Assembly (NCBI RefSeq): GCF_006345805.1
Contig: NC_043001.1
Location: 70,432,001 to 70,496,000, forward strand
Reading direction: 5' to 3'
Source: Octopus sinensis
Lineage: Eukaryota
Length of the DNA stretch: 64,000 nt
The notes under the pieces: generated by a model
Told to the model about the DNA's origin: nothing
Database searches by the model: none
The model's input: only the letters and a program-made list of their open reading frames with translations
Position numbers and translations under genes: made by a program
Shown here: positions 53,823 through 64,000 of the stretch, piece after piece
Numbering within the stretch: position 1 is the stretch's first letter
How the letters are laid out: each line of letters starts with the position of its first letter

Positions 53823-54151
53823 TATTTTCGTTGTAATTTGCGAGTAAAACACCTTGATAATTTATAATTTTCCCTTTTACCATTTATGGAACCAGCCTCT
53901 GATTCCTACAGTAGTCTCTATAAACTGGCAAGGTGAACTAGCTTTTACACTCGGCAAACGAGAGCGAGTCAATGACGAGGATTAATCAAATCCGAAATCA
54001 TCGATGATATTGCTCTTTCTGGCTGGCTGCAAGGAGCTTGTCTCCCTTGCCACTCACTAGATAATCGCTTCCCAGTGGCTAAGAGATATTCTGACACTTG
54101 TTTCTAGCAATATTAGCGGCGACTAGCACCCTTAGTCATCTTATGCTATAC

Positions 54152-54227
<76 letters not shown>

Positions 54228-54332
54228 CTATATATATATATATTTATATATCAAAATCATTACTTTTACTTTGACCACGACTAAAATTATTTACATTTCT
54301 TATGATTTTTATATAGTGCACACTGCTGAGAG

Positions 54333-54384
<52 letters not shown>

Positions 54385-54691
54385 TATATATATAATGAAA
54401 ATAATGACGAAAGACCCAAAAGACAAAAGCCCCAAATTAGGCACTTCAGTACTATACTAACCTAATTATAGTTGCTTTGTATAGTAACTAAAGATCTAGA
54501 AATTCAATAGAATTCATTGAGGAAGGAAACCGAGTCCTGCTACTCTAAAAAGGAAACAACAAACACTCATACGATCCGCCTGAAGATTCCAATGTCATTT
54601 CTCTCATTTTATCAAAAGTTTATACCCAATGTGTTTACGTTCTTCTATTCAACTCACTGCAAGGGATAATGCATACATACATACACACGGA

Positions 54692-54753
<62 letters not shown>

Positions 54754-55197
54754 TGAGTGTACACACACACATGCATATGTACATACATGCATACATAAAT
54801 ATATATATACCTATGCATATATGTAATTGAATGCACAGTGAACTGTGACTGAAAGATATTCTCTGGAGATCGATAGGTATATTGAAGAATATTCTTACGT
54901 ATATATAGTCATTCAAATATCTAGGCTTTATAGTATTCAGGACAGCAGCATCTCTAGTTGTTATTGATCTATAACCAGTGCGCCAACAATGCTCATGTCT
55001 ATTTACATACCTATACATATAATGCAATTATAACTATTTACATCGAAATATTCAAAGATCAGAAGTCTTTTCACAAACCCTAAATATATGTATATACATA
55101 TACGAAATACACACACCGACACCACACACACACACACACGCGCACACACACAAACACATACACATATATATATACATACACATGTGCAAATATATGG

Positions 55198-55254
<57 letters not shown>

Positions 55255-55453
55255 GTATCTATGTATATATGTATATATGTATATTTGTATATACATATAT
55301 ATATTTGTATATATTTATATATATATATCAATATCAAAAACATGTATTTTTATAAATATATAAATAAATATATATATTCATATGTATATTTGTACTTATA
55401 TTAATATTTATCACATATAAAGATATATATATATTTCATAGCATTTTTTCCGA

Positions 55454-55524
55454 TGGCCGGATAACTGAGATGGCGGCGTAGATTTCCATCCCGGCATCCG
55501 AAACTCGGAGTTTTATCATGGCTA
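55454..55524 (+). ncRNA. Decayed hammerhead-like motif (core deletion)
   Basis: GAUAA-CUGA-GAUGGCGG...CCGGCAUCC-GAAA-CUCGGAG-UU-UUAUC. Helix I GAUAA/UUAUC extends after a bulge; helix II pairs 7/8; the CUGANGA box is incomplete. Confidence 0.45.
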
Positions 55525-55625
55525 CCGAATAATTGTCACATATTATATTAACAGATAAATTTCGCTATTTACTTAAAATCGAGGTCTCTTTCTTTTGTTA
55601 TCCTACCATTTTTATCAATATATAT

Positions 55626-55699
<74 letters not shown>

Positions 55700-55705
<6 letters not shown>

Positions 55706-56480
55706 AGGCGCTTTAAATTTCTTTGAAAACGTTCTATAACATTTAAATTTCTATCCTACGATTAAGTAAAATAGCATTGTCATCTGTTGGTATTGATACG
55801 TCGATTAGAAAGCAGTTTTTTCTTGATGATCTCTGATAACTATATCCGGCATAATGGCCTTAATTTCTCTACCTGTGTGTATTGGTATATCCCATAGTAT
55901 GGTTGCTTTCTCAATTTCTACGACCTTTTCTGGCGTATACCTATAACATTTTCCCCCTTGTTATTAAATAGTGTTGGCATAGCTTCCAGTGTGTATAGAT
56001 CCCAAATCTGTTGTGTCTGTGAGTATATTCCTTCCTAGCCAGGACTGGGCAGCCAGAAACAATATAATTTATTGTTTCTTGTCTATCTCAACACATTCTG
56101 CAATTGCTTGTATTTCTTTTCATTATATGTTTTAGTCTTGTGCTGTAATTAAAAATCTTTTAGTGTCTGCTTTGAGTCCCGAGCTTCTCAGTCACTGAGG
56201 GGATTTTGTTTTGTTTATTTCTTTTCTGTTTATTTAACCCTAAATTTGCCATGATGGGGCTTTATCCTAACCCCTTGCTGTTCCAGCTTTAGTTTCATTT
56301 TCAATTGTTTTACAGCTTGTGTTTTTTATATATTTGTTTTTGACAGTTTTAGGTACTATGACTTCTTTTTTGCGTTTGTCACGTTCCTAAGAAACTGAAA
56401 ATGTTTTTGTTTTGTTGCTATTTGTACTAGTTTTCCTTACATATGAAGTAGGTATTTCTGTAGTCCTATGGTGGTTACTA
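55700..56480 (-). mobile_element. R4/Dong-clade LINE fragment (zinc knuckle and endonuclease region), decayed
   Basis: Colinear homology to about 58790-59580; bordered by (ATT)n at its 5' side. Confidence 0.8.
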
Positions 56481-56481
56481 A

Positions 56482-56571
<90 letters not shown>

Positions 56572-56574
<3 letters not shown>

Positions 56575-56815
56575 TAGTTTTATTTTTATATCGTGCTTTC
56601 ACTTCATTACCGAGAGCAGCTCTGTGTGCCTTGGGTATGTGCTGTGGTTTGTTCTGATGCTCTTATGGTTACTGTATTGAAAGTGTCTCGCGTATGATAT
56701 GTGCAGTGCCCAGTAGTGCAATTTTCTGTATGTTACATATATTTGTAAGCCCTGGTGTTTTTATGAATTTGTCTGAATTTTTTAATGATACCTAATGCGC
56801 CTACTATGCACCTAC
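56572..56815 (-). mobile_element. 5'-truncated R4/Dong-clade LINE 3' end
   Basis: Homologous to 58460-58705 and flanked by (ATT)n on both sides. Confidence 0.85.
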
Positions 56816-56849
<34 letters not shown>

Positions 56850-56865
56850 CATCATCATCATCATT

Positions 56866-56908
<43 letters not shown>

Positions 56909-57044
56909 CATCATCATCACCATCGTCGTCCTCATCGTTGTTGTTGTTGTTCTTCTTCTTCTTATTCTTATTCTTATTATTATTACTATTATTATTATTA
57001 TTGTTGTTGTTGTTGTTAAGGCGGCAAGCTCTCAAAATTGATAG

Positions 57045-58320
57045 TTTCTCTTTTGATATTAACTTTCCCAAAGAGTGTGTCACCTGACGAGGAATCTACT
57101 TTCCATTTCTTCATGCTAAAGGTAATGAAATCTCTGATTTTGTCTACTATATTGAATATACTCAGACACTCAGTTATCTATGAATGTGGGATCATGTCAC
57201 AGGCTTTCCTATAATCTATCCATGCAATTGTTACATTTTTCTTTCCAGCTTTTACTACATTTAGAACTGCTTTGTCTATGTATAATAGATCATGCGGTTG
57301 TCTAACTTTCTTCCTGCAAACTTTTTGTTCTTCTGGCAGTAACTTTTGACCTTCAAGGTGCTCATAAGTGCTTTCAGAAAGCAATCCTGTTAACTGTTTC
57401 CACACTAATGGTAAGCATGTGGTCGGTCTATAGTTGCTAGCTGTATTACCCTTGTTTTTATATTTCATAATGAGTACTGACCTCCCTCTAGTCATCCAAT
57501 CTGGTATTATTCTTCCATTAAAGCAATCCTGAAGTTCTTTCCTCAGCTTCCCATTTAAACTACTAATTTTTTTCAGTCTTGGTCCTGGCTCCTTCCAAAT
57601 GAGCATTTTTCCTGACACTTTATTCATTAATGCATTAGTGAGTCTTTGATCTGGCTGTTTCTCACTCACTACTTCTCCCTTCACTTTCTGATTGACTGCC
57701 TTATTCCAAATATTACTCCAGAACTTTCTAGCTCCTTCTGCATTAGGTTCTCATCTTCAGTAATTCAGTACTTCTCTACTATTTATTTGTTTACAAAATC
57801 TAATCTGGTCTGTCTCAAATAATATAATCTATTATGTTGATACTGATCTATTTTTTTCTGATATTTGGAGAGCTTGCTTGATACTGCTATAATACGCTGT
57901 TTCAGTTATTTTACTGCTGTCCCAAATCTTTACTCTTCGACTAAGTATCTTTTCTCAACAGATGTGCATCTTGTGTTTCCTAACTTGTTTTGCTTTCAGG
58001 CTTCTATTGTACTCAGATTTTGTTTTAAAAACTTCATTTCATTTTGTAGTCATCTTTTCCTCATTTGCTTTTCTTAATCTTTCCCTCTGAGATATCTAAT
58101 CTTCTAGTGACTACTGCTCCTCCTGCATAGATCAATAAGTTAGTGTCTCCTATATTTTGGCGTCTATTCTACTGATAACAGAATCTACTTTCCTAGTCGT
58201 TTCTAGCAGCTTCCTTCTGTGGGTGCTTTTTAATGCTGGCAATATTTTTTCGTATTTCACTACTCATTACTTTCTGCAATTCATCTAAAATCGTCTGATC
58301 TTAATCACGTAAATGAATTA
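57045..58320 (-). mobile_element. Older R4-clade LINE fragment (pre-RT and RT N-terminal half)
   Basis: PGP...IPDWMTRGRSVLIMK...NYRPTTCLP...LLPEEQK...AWIDYRKACDMIPHS, continuing to KVNIKR. Confidence 0.85.
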
Positions 58321-58454
58321 AGCTGCTAGTGCCAGTTGTCCCTTCCTTATTGGTAGCGCTATTATTATTTTTTCCTTTAGATTCTTCTTTGGTTCGAGCT
58401 GTATATGTTTTTCCAATTGCCTTAATGTTATCCTCGTCCCCCTCCTCATTATTA

Positions 58455-61400
58455 TTATTCAGTAGTCTTATTTTTATAGCGTGCTTTCACTTCACTACCG
58501 AGCGCAGCTCTGTGTGCCTTGGGTATGTGCTGTGATTTGTTGTGATGCTCTGATGGTTGTTGTATGGAAAGTGTTCTGCGTAGGATGTGTGCAGTGCCTA
58601 GTAGTGCAATTTTCTGTATGTTATATGTGTTTTTAAGTCCTGGTGTTTTTGTTATGTATTTGTCTGAATATTTTTTTATCATGCCTAATGCACCTACTAT
58701 GATAGGAATTGTTTCTGTTTTTAGATTTCACATTCTAGTTACCTCTATTTCCAGGTCTTTGTATTTTGAGAGTTTCTCCATTTCTTTTAGAGACACGTTG
58801 TCATCTGCTGGTATTGATACATCAATTAGAAAGCATTTTTTTTTCTTCATGATCTCTGACAACTATATCTGGTCTGTTGGCCTTAATTTCTCTATCTATG
58901 TGTATCGGCATATCCCAGAGTATGGTTGCTTTCTCGTTTTCTGTGACCTTTTCTGGTGTGTGCCTATACCATCTTTTTTCTGTTATTATTCCATAATGTT
59001 GGCATAGCTTCCAATGTATGTAGGTTCCAACTCTGTCATGTCTGTGAATATATTCCTTCTTAGCCAGGACTGGGCAGCTAGAGATAATATGATTTATTGT
59101 TTCTTGTCCATCTCCACATATTCTGCAGTTACTTGTTATATTTCTTTTCATTACATGTTTTTGGTAATTTCTGGTGGGGAGGCTTTGGTCTTGTGCTGCA
59201 ATTAAAAATCCCTCTGTCTCTGCTTTGAGTCCTGAGCTTCTCAACCATTGCTGGGATTTTTCTTTGTCTATTTCTTTTGCGTTTAGTTTAGTCCAGTATT
59301 TACCATGAAGGGGCTTTTCTTGCCATCGTTTCATCATGGTTCGCTGCTGTTCTATTTTTAGTTTGGACTTCATTTGTTTTATAGCTTTTGTTGTTTCTTC
59401 ATCTTCTTCTTCTTCTTCTTCATATTTATTAGGTGGTATGATTTCTTGTTTGTATTTGTCAGCTTCCTTAAATACTGAGAACAGTTTTTTGTTTTGCTCG
59501 TGTTTTGCCGCTATTTGTATCAGTTTTCCTTCCTTCTGAAGTAGATATTTTTGCAGTCCTATGGTGGTTATTTTATAGTAGTTTTCCAGTTGTAAAAGGC
59601 CTCTGCCACCTTCTATACGTTGTATATATAGTCTTTCTATGTCAGATTTTGGGTGATGCATCCTAGATCCTGTCATTATTTTTCTTGTTTTCCTATCTAT
59701 TTTGGTCAGTTCATTTAGTGTCCAGTTAAGGATATTGCAGCTGTAACTTATAACTGGGACAGCTAAAGTGCTAACACCAATTATCTTGTTTTAGCATTGA
59801 GCTCTGTGTTTAGTATTGATCTAACTCGTCTATAATATTCTTTTTTTATTTTCTCTTTCATTTGTGTGTGTTGTGTCTTATCTAGTTCATGGATTCCTAA
59901 GTATTTGTAAGTTTGGCTTTGATCTAATTCTTTTATTTCATTGGTTTTATCTAGTGTGATGTTGCTACTCTTAACTAGTTTTCCTCTTTTCATGGTTACT
60001 TTGGCGCATTTTTCTAATCCAAATTTCATATCTATTTCTTTGGTAAATCCATGAACTGTCTATAATAGTGTTTCCAGCTGTTTGTCATTTGCCGCGTATA
60101 GTTTTAGGTCATCCATATATAAAAGGTGGCTGATCGCTTTGCCGTAACATTTATATCCGCATCCAGTTCTATTTAGCATATCAGATAGAGGTGTCAGTGC
60201 CAAGCAGAAGAGGAGTGGAGAGAGCGTGTCTCCCTGGAATATTCCTCTTCTAATGGGGATGGCTTTGGTTTTTATGAGTCATTCTTTTGTTTGGAGCTGT
60301 AGCACTGTTTACCATTTATTCATAGAGTGCCCTATGAATTTTATGATTTTTGGTGCTACTTTGTTAATGGCTAGTGTTTCGAGGATCCATGTGTGGGGGA
60401 TGCTATCAAACGCCTTTTTGTAGTCGATCCAGGCCATACTGAGGCCTTTCTTCTTTCTGTGGCTGTCTTCAGTTATGGCTTTATTAATCATTAGTTGATC
60501 TTTACAGCCATATGAGCCTTCGCGGCATCCTTTCTGCTCTTCTGGGAACAGGTTGTTTTCGTCCAGGTGCTTGTTCAACCTTTGCGATATCACTGCAGTA
60601 AATGCCTTGTACATTGTAGGGAGACAGGTTATTGGTCTGCAGTTTTCTGGTTTTGCTGTCTCATTTGATTTGGGAATTAAGATGGTTTTCCCCTTCGTGG
60701 GCCATTCAGGCATTGTCTCTGGCTCTGCCAGCATGTTGTTAAAGTTTTCAGCCAGCTTTTTGTGCATTCCTGTTAGATACTTCAACCAGAAGTTGGGGAT
60801 CTTGTCATGCCCAGGTGCCTTCCAGTTGCTTAATCTTTGCAGTGCCTGGGTGACCTCTTCAGTTGTTATGCGGGTCCAAAGTTGCTCAGATGCTGAGTTT
60901 GTTGTTTTGATACTCCTTTTTTTTTGGTTGTTCGTTCGCCGACCATATTTCTCTCCAGAATTCTTCCACTTCTTCTGCCGTTGGTGCTGCAGTGATTTCT
61001 ATTTTATTTTTGCCAAGTTCTTGGTAGAACTTTTTGGGGCTGGAGTTGAACTTTTTGTTTTGTTCAAAGAAGCGCTGGCGTTTCTCGTACCGGCGGATCC
61101 TTTGTGCTTTGGCAAGGATATCTTGCTTCAGCTTTTCTTTTATTTCAGGTAAATATTTTTCTGTGATGATATATTTGCGGAGTATTTTTGTTTTCTTTTT
61201 GTTGCTCAGTAGCGTTGATTGTCTACTGATTTCATTAAGAAACGACAGATCTTTTCTAATTTTTTGTATTTTGTTTTGGATGTTATTTATCCACAGGGTT
61301 TGTTTGGCTGGTGGTACTCCTGTTTGGATGCGTTTGAGTAAGTATCCAGCTTCTTTTGTGGTTGCAGTGGCTGCTGCGTATACTAAGTCATTTGGCTCAG

Positions 61401-62338
61401 TGATATCGCTTTTTGTTTCAGTGGCTATTAGTTCCGTGATGGCTAGGTTTATGCTGTTTATAATTGGTGTTGTTGTTTCGTCTATTTTGATTCTTGGGAG
61501 GTATGGTCGGTGGTCCATTTTGAGCTCTGTGGTTTTCAGTTCTTTGATTATTTTACCTTTTATATTATCATAATCATTAGGCTCCCCTTCGTTGTTTTCA
61601 GGTTTTAGCTTTGTGTCGTTTTCTTTCTTATTTATATGTTTGTTTGCCGTGTTTTGGCTTGCTGTTTGTCGTGTTTTATTATGCATCCTTACTGTCTGAG
61701 TTTGTTGTTTTTTTGTTTACATCGTGTTTGTTGGAAATGTTACGTTTGTCTTTGTGTTTTACTGTTTCAGTGTTTATATTATTGGGCATTGTTGTGTGGC
61801 TTTTATCTACATTTTCCTTGTGTATTTTTTCTCTTAGATGTTCTATTTCTATTTCTGATATTTTTTTTGCGTTGATAATGTATCTTCGTACGTTAGCTAA
61901 TTTATTAGGGTTCATATCTGTATCCAAGTCTATATTTATGTTATTTTCCTTCCATATTTTATATGTATGTGTTGTTGTGTTTTCATTTTTTGGGTAGAGC
62001 ACTGCTGTGAAGTATGCGTGTAAGATAGAAATGTATTCCTCACGTGTCCATTTATGTCTTTTGGGTTTTATTTGCGGGACATGAGGAACAACGTCCGGCC
62101 CATTATTTTGACGGTTTTCATTTTCGTAGGGTACTGGTCCGTTCATTTCTGTTGTCACATTGTTTTGCACGTGTAGTTTTTCGTACATTTTGTGTTGTAA
62201 GTTTAAAGTACGTACCGCTCGATTGTTATTCTTGGGTTGAATAATATCGGTGGCATTTAATTTCTTCGTAGTTCCTTTGTACATGGTGTTTGGGGTCGGG
62301 GATGATCTGGTGTTGATGGATCGTAATGGTCCACGCAT
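58455..62338 (-). pseudogene. R4-clade polyprotein broken into at least six frame segments
   Basis: ORF-track pieces 61679-62338, 60886-61686, 60309-60785, 59781-60029, 58822-59676 and 58455-58682 are colinear domains of one protein. Confidence 0.88.
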
Positions 62339-62658
62339 GTTTACATGTGTTGTGTTAGAGGTGGAGATGATATCGAGTCAAAATACATCATTTCGTTTCG
62401 AAAATAGTAATAAATTTCAATTAGTATTACTTACTCGGATACAGTCCAAACATTTGTAAGTAAATCTTTGGCTCCATACGATGTCCTTGTTTTCGATGTT
62501 TGTGGATAGATTTCGGAGTTCTGTTTTATCCTTCTTACATCTTAAACGTCCCCCGGTGTATTCTTCTTAAACGTCGCCCGGTGTATTCTTCTTAAACGTC
62601 CCCCGGTGTATTCTTCTTAAACGTCCCCCGGTGTATTCTCTCTTAAACGTCCCCCGGT

Positions 62659-62661
<3 letters not shown>
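58460..62661 (-). mobile_element. Full-length R4/Dong-clade non-LTR retrotransposon (about 4.2 kb; RT plus restriction-like endonuclease), ORF disrupted
   Basis: N-terminal RHKWTREEYISILHAY (Myb-like), RT motifs RPITCLPTMYK, EQKGC, AWIDYKKAFDSIPH, GIFQGD and HLLYMDDLKLY, CCHC knuckle CRICG...ETINHIISSC, and ILWD...RPDIVV endonuclease. Both ends abut (TAA)n. Confidence 0.93.
62541..62661. repeat. 25-bp tandem repeat (about 4.8 copies) at the 5' end of the R4 element
   Basis: Unit cttaaacgtcccccggtgtattctt, with one substitution and one 1-bp insertion among the copies. Confidence 0.95.
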
Positions 62662-62751
<90 letters not shown>

Positions 62752-62752
<1 letters not shown>

Positions 62753-63020
62753 CATCATTGTCTATGCATAGCTTCTAATGCTGGAGATGTACTACGTTGC
62801 CAGCTGTTCACTACTAGTGAACTAATGTAATATCCCTTATTTTTCGAGCACCAGTCGGAGTATTCGAGCGGGCATACTATATCTATAGTCCAACACCATT
62901 TACTTTCTTTCTCAATTAACGCTATGTCTGGTCTCCTATTCTCTATCTCATGGTCGCACTGAATCATAAAATCCCATAGGAGCTTTGCATTATCATTTTC
63001 TATTATGCTTTTGAGTTTAT
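62752..63020 (-). mobile_element. 3' fragment of another RLE-type (R4-like) LINE family
   Basis: NAKLLWDFMIQCDHEIENRRPDIALIEKESKWCWTIDIVCP carries the PD..D endonuclease motif; it ends in the (TAA)n tract 62662-62751. Confidence 0.8.
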
Positions 63021-63024
63021 GTTC

Positions 63025-63074
<50 letters not shown>

Positions 63075-64000
63075 GTCGTAATTTGAGATAGCTGAACATA
63101 TTTCTTCTGGCTCACTGTTATGGTGAGGTTTATTATCAAGAGAAACTACATGGTAAAGTATTTTTGAGACATGAGCTCAACATTAGAGAGGTATAAATAG
63201 TATCAATAGTTTTGCATTAATTCTTTCGCATGTGTTATCAAACTTATTTTTAGTTTTTTTAAGAGAACAAAAGCTGTTTAACCATATGTAAACAAGCAAA
63301 TTGGCTTTTGTTTGGGCGTTGCGTTGTTAGAAATCTTAGATCGTTGGCTTTTCTGCTCTTCAGAACTGATTTAATATCTCATCTCTTCAGTGTCAACGAT
63401 ATTAAGTACTATTGAAATAGTGAAGCAAATATAATCCGCACTTCAATTCTATAAAATTTAAAGCAGAAACAATTACCGTTGTTGTTTTTCTTGTTACTAT
63501 TGCTGTTGGTGTTATTGATGCTATTTAAAAATGAAGAAAATATGCATTTTTCTGGCAGAAAATCTACTGAGTTTCACAAAGGCATTATTAGGAATTGGCG
63601 GTTAAGAATTCCGCTATGCAGTCACGTGGTTTCGAGTTTAGTTCTAATGTGCGTCAGCTTGGGCAAGCGTCTTCTGCTATATCCCTGGGTCGACCAATGT
63701 ATTGTGAGTAAATTTGGTGCACGGAAACAGTGTAGAAAACTGTCATGTATATATGTGTATGAGCGTGCGTGCGTGCGCGCGTATACTGTTGTGTTTGTTC
63801 CCATAACCGCATTAACAATCTGTGTTGTTTTGTTAGTGATTTGGAAAAAAAAAAGTGTCCGATAGAATATTAGTTTTTGAAGACAAATACGTACTCGGTT
63901 CATTTTCAAGATGTTGCCCCACGCTCTAATGATTAACCAAGTAAAACATAAAGATGTCGAGAAGGCTGGATATGGTAAATGCTATAGAGTATGTTTCGGT

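Noticed and set aside
60553-61997. Long plus-strand hydrophobic ORFs (199, 179 and 128 aa)
   Set aside because: They are antisense shadows of the R4 retrotransposon ORF.
62541-62661. CRISPR-like 25-bp repeats
   Set aside because: The units are head-to-tail with no spacers, the context is eukaryotic, and there are no cas genes.

Overview
Eukaryotic, AT-rich and extremely microsatellite-dense genomic DNA with one 100-N assembly gap. The SINE families and repeat landscape resemble what I recall from Octopus (coleoid cephalopod) genomes; this is an inference, not a database result. I could not support any host protein-coding gene, and most ORFs in the supplied track are translated microsatellites or antisense transposon sequence, so the window is probably intronic or intergenic. 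Identifiable content: (1) a full-length but disrupted R4/Dong-clade non-LTR retrotransposon (RT plus restriction-like endonuclease) and several relatives clustered in (TAA)n tracts at 55.7-63.0 kb; (2) two mariner transposons (one mellifera-like, one cecropia/Hsmar1-like); (3) CR1-like and RTE LINE fragments; (4) three tRNA-related SINE families; (5) several foldback/MITE-like elements; (6) Penelope-like (PLE) remnants. The most notable signal is a set of type-I hammerhead ribozyme motifs with palindromic helix III. One looks intact (37920-38005), one is a homolog with covarying helix II (21106-21188), and others lie in short, terminally redundant, non-coding units of 353 and 509 bp embedded in (TA)n tracts. 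That architecture resembles retrozymes or PLE pseudo-LTRs that could yield self-cleaved or circular RNAs. All pairing was worked out by hand, and ribozyme activity is untested.
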